A stretch of DNA of 64,000 bases from Candidatus Zhuqueibacterota bacterium (GCA_013202295.1 JABMRT010000064.1:3362-67361); one strand, 5' to 3'. Positions 46,570 to 56,307 are shown, counted from the first letter of the stretch. The notes: generated from the letters alone by a model not told the origin. Translations and numbers: made by a program.

Positions 46570-47759
46570 AACTGAGTGAAAACATGAATCAAGTGCCGGT
46601 CGGTCCGTTTCATCCCTTACTCGAAGAAGCCGAATATTTCAATTTGACGGTCGAAGGTGAGACTGTTGTCGATATCGATCTTGACATCGGCTGGATGCAT
46701 CGGGGCCATGAATTTATTTCTGAACAGAAAACATTTACGCAATCCATATTTCTTGTCGAACGCATTTGCGGGATCTGTTCTACTTCGCATCCATTAGCCT
46801 GCGTACACGCGATTGAGGATGTGGACAATATTGAGATTCCCGAACGCGCGGCCTATATCCGCACTCTCGTGGGCGAGCTAGAACGGATTCACAGCCATTT
46901 GCTCTGGCTAGGCTTGGCAGGCCATTTCATCGGGTATGACACACTTTGGATGTGGGCGTGGAAGTACCGCGAACCGGTGCTTCAGATGTTCGAAATCATT
47001 TCCGGCAACCGGAATCACTATGGGGTCATGCGTGTGGGTGGTGTGTCACGCGATATTGATTTGGATCGTGTGAAGGAACTCCACAAAATCCTCGACACGG
47101 TGGATGCCAAAATCAAGATGATCGCCGCAGCTGCGCCGGATGATCCTGTCCTTAAATCCCGTCTTGTGGGTGTGGGCGTGCTCACCAATCAGGATGCGAT
47201 TGACATGTGTGCGGTTGGGCCCACATCCCGTGCTTCTGGTGTTCCGTGGGACGTCCGAAAAGACGAACCCACCGATGCCTATGGCTTGGTTGATTTTGAT
47301 GTCATCGTCCTTCAAAATGGAGATGTGTGGGACAAACTGGTTGTCAGGCTGCTCGAGACTTTGGAATCCACAAAGATATGCCGTCAATGCCTCGACAAAC
47401 TGAAAACCGTGAAGGGGCCCATCCTGAATAACGTGAAAGAGATTTCCGCGGGCGAGGGAATTGGCCGGTATGAAGCTCCCCGCGGTGAAGTGTTTCATTA
47501 TGTGCGAACTGATGGTTCCAACCGGGCGATTCGTCACAAAATCCGAGCACCGAGTTATGTGAATATTCCGACCTATTCGGCCTCTTGTAAGGGTATCCCC
47601 ATTGCCGACGCACTGATCACGTTGGCCGCGGTAGATCCCTGCTATTGTTGCACGGAGCGGGCGCTCAGGGTGAAGGGCGAAGATCCCGACGCCATTGATT
47701 TTGTCAAGCTGTCGCGTGAGAAGACCGAGCGAATCAGGAGGGAAATCCATGGCCACTAA
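46566..47759 (+). CDS. [NiFe]-hydrogenase large subunit, group 4
   Basis: L1 ERICGICSTSH and L2 DPCYCCTER both retain CxxC; 'EAPRGE'; C-terminal extension after the L2 Arg. Confidence 0.93.
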   Translation: MKLSENMNQVPVGPFHPLLEEAEYFNLTVEGETVVDIDLDIGWMHRGHEFISEQKTFTQSIFLVERICGICSTSHPLACVHAIEDVDNIEIPERAAYIRTLVGELERIHSHLLWLGLAGHFIGYDTLWMWAWKYREPVLQMFEIISGNRNHYGVMRVGGVSRDIDLDRVKELHKILDTVDAKIKMIAAAAPDDPVLKSRLVGVGVLTNQDAIDMCAVGPTSRASGVPWDVRKDEPTDAYGLVDFDVIVLQNGDVWDKLVVRLLETLESTKICRQCLDKLKTVKGPILNNVKEISAGEGIGRYEAPRGEVFHYVRTDGSNRAIRHKIRAPSYVNIPTYSASCKGIPIADALITLAAVDPCYCCTERALRVKGEDPDAIDFVKLSREKTERIRREIHGH

Positions 47760-49563
47760 TCCTTATATCGCATTGATTCTAATTCCGATTGTTGTCGGTC
47801 TGGTCAATCTAATCTTACCGAGATTGCTGCAAAAAATCCTGACATTAATCGGAATTGGTCTCACCGGATTTCTGACATTGAAGCTTGCCCTCGATCCCGA
47901 ATTTTTTGAGTGGATCTATGAGATCCAATATCTCGGATTAGACAAACTGGGAATTTTCGCACTGGTGGGTATGCAGGTCCTGGCCTTGATTATCCTACTT
48001 TTTGCGCTCAAAGGAGTCAACTCCGACATAGAAAGATCCTTCTTTATACTCTATCCCCTGACCGTGGGATTTTGCAATGGCGTGATTCTGTCTGACCACG
48101 CAATCGTATTCATGGTTTTCTGGGGTCTGTCCGGAGTGACACTGTATCTGTTCAACCTTCTTGGCCGGGGAAAAGAAGCCTCAGAATCCGCTCGAAAAAC
48201 CTTCATGCTCATCGGTGGAAGCGACGCGTGTCTCATCCTTGGATTCGTCATGCTGGGACTTGCCATGCCGCAGGCATCCTGGTCCATTACGGCCATGCAG
48301 ATGCCGCTCTCTGGAAGTATCGCAATCATCGCGTTTGTCTGCCTGCTGATCGCTGCGCTTGCCAAAGCTGGCGGATTTCCATTCCATACATGGGTGCCAT
48401 CCTATTCAAAAGAGGCTCCTGTTGAAAGCGTGGCATTTCTTCCTGCTTCTCTGGACAAGATTCTGGGTATCTATCTACTGGCCCGTATGGTGATGCAGAT
48501 TTTTCAATGTGCCATACTGGTTCACATGATTCTGATCAGCATCGGCGCGATCACGGTCATTGCCGCTGTGATGATGGCGCTCATTCAGCACAATGGGCGC
48601 AAATTGCTTGGATACCATGCCGTCAGTCAGGTGGGGTACATGATCATGGGCGTGGGCAGCGGTTCACCGATCGCTTTCGCTGGTGGACTTTTTCATATGC
48701 TCAACCATACCATTTACAAATCCAACCTGTTTCTGGCGTTGGGATCTGTAGAAAAGCAAACCGGAACGAATGAACTTGATGATCTTGGCGGGCTTGGCAA
48801 GAAGATGCCGATCACGCTGATCATGGCCATGGTTGGCGCATTCTCTATTTCGGGACTTCCACCGTTTAATGGATTCTTCTCTAAGTGGATGATCTATCAG
48901 GGGCTGCTGGATTTGGCCAAAGAGGTTTCGCCCGGATATGAAATATGGCTCCTGGTCTGTTTCGTCCTGGCCATTTTCGGAAGCGCGCTGACATTGGCCA
49001 GTTTCCTGAAATATCTGCATGCCATTTTCCTGGGCAAACTTCCGAAAAAGTATGACAAGATCAAGGAAGCGCCGATCAACCAATGGCTGTCCACCGGACT
49101 GTTGTCAGCTCTTTGCGTTGTACTCGGATTATTTGCTATGGAGCTTCCGTTAAAAATGCTCATCCTTCCTATTCTTGAAGAGAACGGCATGGCCGGATTT
49201 GAGTATGCGGGCCTCTATAAATCCAAATTTACTTTGGTCATGATGGGGCTGGTTTTCCTCATCGGGCTAATTACTTACATTCTGACACGAAAAGTCCGGT
49301 TCGATGCGATATATCTTGGCGGCATGGATGCACTTGAAAAGTTCCGTGTCACAGGCACCGAGTTCTATCAAGAAATTCGCCGGATGAAACCGCTCTGTAC
49401 GATTTATGACTGGGCCGAGAAAAAGTGGCTGGATCTGTACGCGCTGTTGGGCGGCTGTTCCAATTCCCTCGGTGGATTGTTCCAGAAGGCACATCCGGGA
49501 TTGTTATCCCTGTACCTGCTTTATATAGTGTTGGGGATGTTGGTATTTATGCTATTAAAATAG
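47749..49563 (+). CDS. Antiporter-like membrane subunit (NuoL/MrpA/HyfB-like)
   Basis: Start moved to ATG 47749 (RBS AGGAGG); 'KAGGFPFHTWVP', 'LLGYHAVSQVGY', 'HTIYKSNLFL', 'GLPPFNGFFSKW'. Confidence 0.9.
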   Translation: MATNPYIALILIPIVVGLVNLILPRLLQKILTLIGIGLTGFLTLKLALDPEFFEWIYEIQYLGLDKLGIFALVGMQVLALIILLFALKGVNSDIERSFFILYPLTVGFCNGVILSDHAIVFMVFWGLSGVTLYLFNLLGRGKEASESARKTFMLIGGSDACLILGFVMLGLAMPQASWSITAMQMPLSGSIAIIAFVCLLIAALAKAGGFPFHTWVPSYSKEAPVESVAFLPASLDKILGIYLLARMVMQIFQCAILVHMILISIGAITVIAAVMMALIQHNGRKLLGYHAVSQVGYMIMGVGSGSPIAFAGGLFHMLNHTIYKSNLFLALGSVEKQTGTNELDDLGGLGKKMPITLIMAMVGAFSISGLPPFNGFFSKWMIYQGLLDLAKEVSPGYEIWLLVCFVLAIFGSALTLASFLKYLHAIFLGKLPKKYDKIKEAPINQWLSTGLLSALCVVLGLFAMELPLKMLILPILEENGMAGFEYAGLYKSKFTLVMMGLVFLIGLITYILTRKVRFDAIYLGGMDALEKFRVTGTEFYQEIRRMKPLCTIYDWAEKKWLDLYALLGGCSNSLGGLFQKAHPGLLSLYLLYIVLGMLVFMLLK

Positions 49564-49661
49564 CACACGGTATACGCTACAACGTATACGGATGATCCGA
49601 TTCTGTTTGCTGTGTACTGAGAGCTGAATACTCGATCTAGCTGATCGATGAGGAGGAATAT

Positions 49662-50210
49662 ATGCCGGTTGAAACATGGTTGTACTTTACACTGGGATTC
49701 ATGATACTCGGCTCCATTATCGCACTGGAGATCAAAGACATTCTCTCTTCCATTGTCGCGATCGGGGTTGTGGGGCTGGGTGTTTCTGTGGCGTTCCTAT
49801 TTTTGCAGGCACCGGATCTGGCAATTGTTCAGTTCCTTTTTGAAATTTTCGCAATGATCATTCTCGTCCGGGCTTTTGTGAAGAAGGACTATCATGCCGA
49901 GACACCAGCGCGAGTCAACGGATTTCTTGTGGCGATCTCGATGCTTGTCATTATCGCGATATTCGTTTCTAGTATCTCCGTTTTCAAATTACTGCCTCCT
50001 TTTGGTCAGCCTCTCTTTGAAACGGCTCAGCATTATGTGGATCATGGTGTGCGGGAGACCGGTGCTGTGAATCTAGTGACTGCAATCATTCTTGACTACA
50101 GGGCCTATGATACGTTGGGTGAAGTCACCGTTCTATTTACAGCCATTCTCGGTACAATTACAATTTTACGCATACGAAACGGGAAAAATGCGGGGAGGAA
50201 GGGCGCATGA
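49662..50210 (+). CDS. MbhD/MbhE-like (DUF4040 + MnhB N-terminal) subunit
   Basis: 'LQAPDLAIVQ' and 'GAVNLVTAIILDYRAYDTLGEVTVL'. Confidence 0.88.
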   Translation: MPVETWLYFTLGFMILGSIIALEIKDILSSIVAIGVVGLGVSVAFLFLQAPDLAIVQFLFEIFAMIILVRAFVKKDYHAETPARVNGFLVAISMLVIIAIFVSSISVFKLLPPFGQPLFETAQHYVDHGVRETGAVNLVTAIILDYRAYDTLGEVTVLFTAILGTITILRIRNGKNAGRKGA

Positions 50211-50659
50211 ATGATCCGAAAAATGGTATGACCCTGATTGTAAAAACCGTAACCCGGGTGACGGTCTGGCTCATTGTGCTGTACGGGATTTATCTGATCC
50301 TGCACGGCCATCTCACACCCGGTGGTGGATTTGGGGGCGGAGTGATCCTTGCGCTGGCGTTTCTAAATATTATGCTGGCCTACGGGCGAGATGCCACACA
50401 GAAATGGCTCAATATTAAATTCCTTGAAGACATAGAAGCCGTGAGTGCGACACTCTTTCTGTTTATGGGTATACTCGGTATCGCTCTGGGCGGACGTTTT
50501 CTGATGAATTTCCTACCTAAAGGAACCCCGCACGCTTTGTTTAGTGCCGGAACCATTCCCATATTAAATATTCTGATCGGCATCAAAGTGGCGATGTCCC
50601 TTTTCCTTGTGGTCTGGGTACTTGCCGGTTTGCATGAAGAGGAAGGAGGCAAAAAATGA
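50207..50659 (+). CDS. mnhB: Mrp/Mnh subunit B
   Basis: 'HGHLTPGGGFGGG'. Confidence 0.9.
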   Translation: MNDPKNGMTLIVKTVTRVTVWLIVLYGIYLILHGHLTPGGGFGGGVILALAFLNIMLAYGRDATQKWLNIKFLEDIEAVSATLFLFMGILGIALGGRFLMNFLPKGTPHALFSAGTIPILNILIGIKVAMSLFLVVWVLAGLHEEEGGKK

Positions 50660-50994
50660 TCCTCTATCTGATGTGTTTTGCGCTTTTCCTCGTCGGCGTT
50701 TATGGATTGCTCACCAAGCGGGATCTGATCAAACTGATCCTTTCCATTGCGGTTATGGGTTACGCGGTGAATCTGTTTCTTATCCTCTTTGCTTATAAGA
50801 AGGATGCAGGGATTCCGATTCTTCTTGAGGGGGTAGTGCAGGGTTCCATGGTGGATCCATTGCCACAAGCACTCGTTCTCACCTCTATCGTTATTGAACT
50901 GGGAACAACGGCATTGCTCGTGGCGCTGGCCATCCGGCTGGTTCAGAAATATAAAACCTTTGATATTACCAAAATCAGGAGGCTTTTCGGATGA
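50656..50994 (+). CDS. mnhC: Mrp/Mnh subunit C
   Basis: 'DPLPQALVLTSIVI'. Confidence 0.92.
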   Translation: MILYLMCFALFLVGVYGLLTKRDLIKLILSIAVMGYAVNLFLILFAYKKDAGIPILLEGVVQGSMVDPLPQALVLTSIVIELGTTALLVALAIRLVQKYKTFDITKIRRLFG

Positions 50995-52466
50995 TCCTCC
51001 CGTACTTTATTGCCATCCCGCTGCTGTCGGCTTTTCTGATTTCACTGATCGCCGGGAAAAAAGATTACTGGGCCATTTTGCTTTCCACAGTTGCCGGAGC
51101 CTCATTGCTGATCCTGTCCATCTACAGTATGATTGTGCAGAATGGTGAGACCCTGGTTTATGAGATGGGATTCTGGAAAGTGCCCATCGGTATTGTGCTT
51201 GTGCAGGACGCACTTACCTGTCTGATGCTGGTCCTCGTGAGTTTAATCTCCTTTACTTCCCTTCTCTATTCAGTGCAATATATCCAGCACATGGATCGGA
51301 ATTGGAAATACTACGCCCTGTTTATGCTGCTCGTCACTGGGATGAACGGCGTCATCATTACGGGCGATCTGTTCAATCTGTTCGTGTTTATGGAAATCGC
51401 ACTGCTGTCTGCTTTCGCACTTGTCGCGTATGGCGGCAAGGCAGAAGAGTATGAGGCAGCCTTTAAATATGCGGTTATGGGTGCATTGTCCTCAATCCTC
51501 GTACTTGTGGGTATAGCAATCCTGTACAGCGCCACGTCCACATTGACCATGGCGAAAATCGCTGAGAAGGTGCCTTCGCTTGATCCCAAACTGCTTTTTT
51601 GGGTCGGCGGGATATTCCTCGCTGGTCTGGGACTGAAAGCGGCCATTATGCCGTTCCACGCCTGGCTGCCTGATGCTCACTCCTCAGCACCTGCACCGAT
51701 TTCAGCCATGCTTTCTGGAGTATTAATCAAAGTGCTCGGCATTTATGCCATGATTCGTCTTTACTTCAATGTGTTTGGCGCACCGGAACTTTACATGAAT
51801 ATCTTTCTCGTACTCGGCGCGATTTCCATCATTCTTGGCGGACTGCTCTCCGTCGTGCAATGGGATATGAAGCGATTACTGGCCTATTCCAGTGTCAGCC
51901 AGATCGGGTATATCCTCGTCGGTTTGGGCATTGGGACAGAGCTTGGAATACTGGGTGCGATTTTCCATCTGTTTAGCCATGCCATTTTCAAATCACTTCT
52001 CTTTTATAATGCCGGTGCGGTCGAGATGGCGCTTGGTACACGCGACCTGCGCAAGATGGGATTTCTCGGCAAGGTGATGCCGGTTACATCAGCGACCTCT
52101 CTTGTGGGCGGCTTGGCGATTTCTGGGATCCCGCCGTTTAATGGATTTATCAGCAAGCTGATCATTATCATTGCACTCATCAAAGCGGATGCTCCGGTTT
52201 ACGCGATCCTTGCTATCATTGGCAGCATTTTGACTCTCGGCGCGATCATGAAGATGCAGCGATATGGATTCCGCGGTGAAACAGAGATCACAAAAATCAC
52301 AGAGAAAATCGGATGGCGCATGCAATCCGCTATGATCCTTTTGGCGGTGTTGTGTTTGTTGTCCGGCTTGTTGCTGCTGCCGGGGATTCGTGAAGCCGCA
52401 CTTGATCCGGTCGTGGCCGTACTCGCTGATCCAGGTCAATACATGCAGCTGGTTCTTGGGAGATAA
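50991..52466 (+). CDS. mnhD: Mrp/Mnh subunit D (MbhH-like)
   Basis: 'TGDLFNLFVFMEI', 'PFHAWLPDAHSSAPAPISAMLSG', 'KRLLAYSSVSQIGY'. Confidence 0.92.
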   Translation: MILPYFIAIPLLSAFLISLIAGKKDYWAILLSTVAGASLLILSIYSMIVQNGETLVYEMGFWKVPIGIVLVQDALTCLMLVLVSLISFTSLLYSVQYIQHMDRNWKYYALFMLLVTGMNGVIITGDLFNLFVFMEIALLSAFALVAYGGKAEEYEAAFKYAVMGALSSILVLVGIAILYSATSTLTMAKIAEKVPSLDPKLLFWVGGIFLAGLGLKAAIMPFHAWLPDAHSSAPAPISAMLSGVLIKVLGIYAMIRLYFNVFGAPELYMNIFLVLGAISIILGGLLSVVQWDMKRLLAYSSVSQIGYILVGLGIGTELGILGAIFHLFSHAIFKSLLFYNAGAVEMALGTRDLRKMGFLGKVMPVTSATSLVGGLAISGIPPFNGFISKLIIIIALIKADAPVYAILAIIGSILTLGAIMKMQRYGFRGETEITKITEKIGWRMQSAMILLAVLCLLSGLLLLPGIREAALDPVVAVLADPGQYMQLVLGR

Positions 52467-52468
52467 TC

Positions 52469-52974
52469 ATGCAAATTAAAACGCGAAGTCGAATTACTGT
52501 GTTTGTTTTATCCCTTCTGGTCTGGATTGCCTTGACCAGTATTCGGGACCCACAGGAATTGATCGCCGGACTCATTGTATCCGCTCTTGTGGCTATGATT
52601 GCCGGTCAATTTTTGATTACGACTGAAAAGCAGAAGCATCCTGTGCACCGGATTCTGGCAGCAATTCTGTATTTCTTTAATTTCCTTTGGGAAATGATCA
52701 AAGCAAACATTCAGGTCGCTTATCTGGTACTTCATCCAATCTGCCAATCAAACCCGGAATTGTAAAAATCAAAACCAATTTAACCAAAGATGCGGCAATT
52801 ACGGTATTGACCAATTCCATTACCCTGACACCGGGCACATTGACTGTAGATGTCAATCCCAAGAGCAAAGAGATCTATGTGCACTGGATCAATGTGAAAT
52901 CTCAGGACGTGAAGGAGGCCACTGAAATGATCGGCGGTAAATTTGAGAGCAGACTCATGGAGGTGTTCGAATGA
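52469..52974 (+). pseudogene. mnhE: Mrp/Mnh subunit E interrupted by a 1-nt frameshift (real lesion or assembly error)
   Basis: Frame 1 ends ...ANIQVAYLVLHP; the second frame continues NLPIKPGIV...NSITLTPGTLTVD. Adding one A to CCAAT (about 52736-52740) gives a continuous LHPNLPIKPG. Confidence 0.85.
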
Positions 52975-53309
52975 AGATTCTGCGATGGCTGATCGGACTG
53001 ATCCTGATAGGTCTGTTCGCTTATTATAATTTTATCGTGTATCAGGGACCCATCCTGTTCAAGCTCATTCAGGTGAGTTTGTTCTGCTCGGTCTTTGTGC
53101 TTTTCCGTGTGCTTTTCGGTCCTTCACCTGCTGATCGGATCGTGGCCGTGGATATCCTTGGCATTCTGATTATCGGACTGCTCGCCCTTTTGGGGCTTCA
53201 TTACCAAGCTGATTTCTACATGGATATCGCTCTGATCTGGGCGCTGCTGAGTTTTATCGCCTCTCTGGCGTTTGCCAAAATTCTTGAAGGGAGGTCTCTC
53301 GATGATTAG
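52971..53309 (+). CDS. mnhF: Mrp/Mnh subunit F
   Basis: 'GPSPADRIVAVD...DIALIWALLSFIASLAFAK'. Confidence 0.9.
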   Translation: MKILRWLIGLILIGLFAYYNFIVYQGPILFKLIQVSLFCSVFVLFRVLFGPSPADRIVAVDILGILIIGLLALLGLHYQADFYMDIALIWALLSFIASLAFAKILEGRSLDD

Positions 53310-53640
53310 AGAAATTGCAGGGATGACATTTATCATAGTCGGAATCGCGTTCGATTTTTTTGGCGTGCTCGGACTGGTCCGCCTGCCTGATGTGTATAAC
53401 CGGCTACAGGCAGCAACCAAATGTGTGACCTTTGGTACAGCCGGATTGCTCTTTGGTGTATTCATCCTTCAGGGATTTAATGCATTTGGATTCAAGGCGC
53501 TGATCGGGATTGTTTTCATCTTTCTCGCGGCCCCGGTTGCAGCCCATGCCATTGCCCGATCGGCCCATCGAAGCGGAATTCCACTTACATCAGAAACTGT
53601 CGTGGATGCCTATGAAGAAGACCATGAGATGAAGGAGTAA
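53302..53640 (+). CDS. mnhG: Mrp/Mnh subunit G
   Basis: Start moved to ATG 53302 (RBS GGAGG); 'GLVRLPDVYNRLQAATK', 'PVAAHAIAR'. Confidence 0.9.
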   Translation: MIREIAGMTFIIVGIAFDFFGVLGLVRLPDVYNRLQAATKCVTFGTAGLLFGVFILQGFNAFGFKALIGIVFIFLAAPVAAHAIARSAHRSGIPLTSETVVDAYEEDHEMKE

Positions 53641-53645
53641 GTGTT

Positions 53646-54254
53646 ATGTGGCTCCCAAAAATACGTGAATTGAAAGAGGCAATCGGTTCTCTTTTTTCAG
53701 CGCCTTATACCACAAAATTCCCTGCGGATATGAGCGCGGTTGACCTGCCTGATGGATTTCGCGGCAAACCCAAATATGATACGGATGCCTGCATCGGATG
53801 TGGTACATGCGCACAAGTCTGCCCGCCCGGTGCCATAGATATCATTGATGATAAAAATAAGATGACGCGCACGCTTCGCGTGGATTATAACCGGTGCATG
53901 AATTGTGGACAGTGCGAAGAAAAATGCATCACAGAAACCGGAATCACCATGACCAAAGATTTCGTCCTGGTGTTGACCGACAGATCCGATCCATCGGCAT
54001 TTGAATCGGTCGAAAAAGAATTGGTTGTTTGCGAAAGCTGTGGCGCGATTATCGGGTGTAAAGACCATCTTGCATGGATTAAAGACCGCTTGGGCGCCAA
54101 GGCGTATGCGCATCCCAATTTGCTCTTATGGACTCAAGAACAATTTGCCGAGCCAGGCCCCGCTGAAGTCAAGAGTCGCATCCGGCGCGAGGATCAGATG
54201 AAGCAGGTCTGCGCGAAATGTCGGTACCAGATTGTCACAGCTGATGAATTCTAA
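53646..54254 (+). CDS. NuoI/HycF/MbhN-like 2x[4Fe-4S] subunit with extra Cys pairs
   Basis: 'YTTKFP..FRGKP', CIGCGTCAQVCP, CMNCGQCEEKC, CESCG, CAKCR. Confidence 0.9.
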   Translation: MWLPKIRELKEAIGSLFSAPYTTKFPADMSAVDLPDGFRGKPKYDTDACIGCGTCAQVCPPGAIDIIDDKNKMTRTLRVDYNRCMNCGQCEEKCITETGITMTKDFVLVLTDRSDPSAFESVEKELVVCESCGAIIGCKDHLAWIKDRLGAKAYAHPNLLLWTQEQFAEPGPAEVKSRIRREDQMKQVCAKCRYQIVTADEF

Positions 54255-54729
54255 TTCATTTCAAGATGTGCTTTCTGCCTATCCCATAGAATCCATAGTG
54301 TTTATCGGATTGGGAAATCCGATGCGATCTGATGACGGTGCAGGACTCATCTTGCTGCAACATTTAAAACAATCCAAATCTTTTCAAAACGCCCGATTCA
54401 TTGAAGCGGGCACCAATCCCGAAAATTATCTTCAAGCCATTCTTGATCTAAATCCGCAAGCCGTGGTTTTTATTGATGCGGCTCGGTTCGGTCAGCCTTC
54501 CGGCACAATTCAGTGGCTAACCCAACAGGATCTGGATCAGATTCAAATTAGCACACATGCCTTTTCTATGACATTGGTTGAAGATTATATTCGGGCCCAT
54601 CAGAAAGTGGATTTTCATTATCTGGGGATACAGCCTGAAACGACAGCACTGGGAACAGGACTCACAACCCATGTACAAGAGAATCTGGATGGATTCCTGG
54701 TGCAACCTGAGATGAATACGGCATCCTGA
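54244..54729 (+). CDS. Hydrogenase maturation endopeptidase (HycI-like)
   Basis: 'GLGNPMRSDDGAG', 'GTNPEN', 'IDAA', 'STHAFS', 'GIQP'; ATG at 54244. Confidence 0.9.
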   Translation: MNSNSFQDVLSAYPIESIVFIGLGNPMRSDDGAGLILLQHLKQSKSFQNARFIEAGTNPENYLQAILDLNPQAVVFIDAARFGQPSGTIQWLTQQDLDQIQISTHAFSMTLVEDYIRAHQKVDFHYLGIQPETTALGTGLTTHVQENLDGFLVQPEMNTAS

Positions 54730-54750
54730 AGAGCTGCAACGAGACCGACC

Positions 54751-56106
54751 ATGCGCATTCGCCCGGCCACATTACATCTGCCTTTTTATACAATACAAAC
54801 GTTAAAGAACCGTCTTGAGTGGGTGATTAACCTTCGCTGGCTGGCTGTATTTGGCATCCTCATTTCTGTGCCGATCGGGCAGCAGATGCTGGGTTTTTCT
54901 CTGGCCTATCCTCAAATCGTAATCACTGCTTCTATCCTCTTGTTGGTCAATATTCTCTACTTCTTTCTGCTTCATTTCACAATCTTTCGATCAGAATTTC
55001 AGGAACTTATTTTCGCAGAAATCCAGGTGCTGACGGATTTGATTTTGATTTCCTGCCTGGTTCATTTCGCGGGAGGTGTTGAAAATCCATTTTATTTCTT
55101 TTACATGATTGTCGTCATCCTGGCCGGATTTCTCTTTCCCGGCGTACTGATTTCGATGCTCAATGCTCTGTTTGCCGCAATCCTTCTTACTGGATGGACG
55201 CTTCTTGAATATCACGGATCTGTTCCCAGCTATCAGTTGGGGCAGGATATATTTTCTTCGGCGCACATCGTGACTGCGCTTCTTGCGTTTTATGTAACGA
55301 CTTTTGCCGGAATTTATATAATCAGTAATTTAGTGCAGAGTTATCGTGGTCTCAAAGATATCATTGACGAAAAAAACGTTCAGCTTGAGAAATCGATGCA
55401 GGCGCGGCGTGAAATATTCAGGTATGCCGCGCATGAACTTAAGTCGCCAATCACAACCATTCAGAGTACGCTTGCCGTGGTCGATCATACTTACGCCAAG
55501 GATCTCACACCCGAAGTAAAGGACATGGTTGAACGGGCCGAGCGCCGATCATCACAATTGCTGGATATGATCAATGAGATGATTGAGATCACGAAATATA
55601 AAGAGGGAATCATTGTTTCCGATTATCAATGCGTGATGTTCTGTGCCTGGCTGAAACAGATCACTGAATCGCAACGGTCGTATGCCATGCAGAAAAAAAT
55701 TCAATTAGATGTAGGCACACTCGCTGAAGAAGTTACAATTTGTTTTGATCGATCCGAGATGGATAAAGTGGTTGTGAATCTGCTAAGCAATGCGCTTCGT
55801 TATACACCGCAAGGAGGTCGGGTTTCGATTGAACCCTTCCAGGATCGCAAACATTATGGATTTTGTATCGCAGATACCGGGATTGGGATTTCCAAGAAGG
55901 ATCAGGATAAAGTTTTTGATGAATTCTACCGGACTCCCGACGCGAAAACAATGGAACGCACGGGTACTGGATTGGGACTCAATCTGGTACGCGAAATCAT
56001 AAAGAAACACGAGGGCAGTATCCAACTGAAGAGTGAGGTGGGGAAGGGGAGTCAGTTTACGGTGCGGTTGCCGAGAACGGATAAGTCAACATTAAAATCT
56101 TCCTAA
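54751..56106 (+). CDS. Membrane sensor histidine kinase
   Basis: Multi-TM N-terminus; H-box AHELKSP; N-box NLLSNALRYT; G-boxes DTGIGI and GTGLGL. Confidence 0.95.
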   Translation: MRIRPATLHLPFYTIQTLKNRLEWVINLRWLAVFGILISVPIGQQMLGFSLAYPQIVITASILLLVNILYFFLLHFTIFRSEFQELIFAEIQVLTDLILISCLVHFAGGVENPFYFFYMIVVILAGFLFPGVLISMLNALFAAILLTGWTLLEYHGSVPSYQLGQDIFSSAHIVTALLAFYVTTFAGIYIISNLVQSYRGLKDIIDEKNVQLEKSMQARREIFRYAAHELKSPITTIQSTLAVVDHTYAKDLTPEVKDMVERAERRSSQLLDMINEMIEITKYKEGIIVSDYQCVMFCAWLKQITESQRSYAMQKKIQLDVGTLAEEVTICFDRSEMDKVVVNLLSNALRYTPQGGRVSIEPFQDRKHYGFCIADTGIGISKKDQDKVFDEFYRTPDAKTMERTGTGLGLNLVREIIKKHEGSIQLKSEVGKGSQFTVRLPRTDKSTLKSS

Positions 56107-56237
56107 TATTATTAATATTCAATTTGTATTTACATAATCAATAGACATAGGAGCATTGATTATTTGTTTCGTGCTCTTCAGATCAGTGATCTTCTATTAA
56201 AGAAATCTCCCAATTTATCAGTTTTATAAATTAATTC

Positions 56238-56298
56238 TTGACAATCCGGAAAAATTTAATTATTGTTTTAGTGTATTAGTAAGATAGAACACTAAAAC
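56238..56298 (+). promoter_or_regulatory. Sigma70 promoter with overlapping YtrA/GntR-type operator
   Basis: TTGACA(56238)-17-TATTGT(56261); inverted repeat GTTTTAGTGT-N14-ACACTAAAAC (56265-56298). Confidence 0.75.
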
Positions 56299-56307
56299 GG
56301 AGGAAAT

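Noticed and set aside
47046..47756. 236-aa antisense ORF and other long shadow ORFs (e.g. 35036-35650, 61040-61654, 20760-21368)
   Set aside because: They lie opposite or within well-supported genes and have no recognisable motifs; expected by-products of codon bias.
52730..52770. Programmed ribosomal frameshift in mnhE
   Set aside because: No X XXY YYZ slippery site or obvious stimulatory structure at the junction; a 1-nt deletion is the simpler explanation.
44792..54254. Respiratory complex I or Mbx/Mbs (non-hydrogenase)
   Set aside because: The large subunit keeps all four Ni-ligating cysteines and a cleavable C-terminal extension, and a maturation protease and hyp genes are present.
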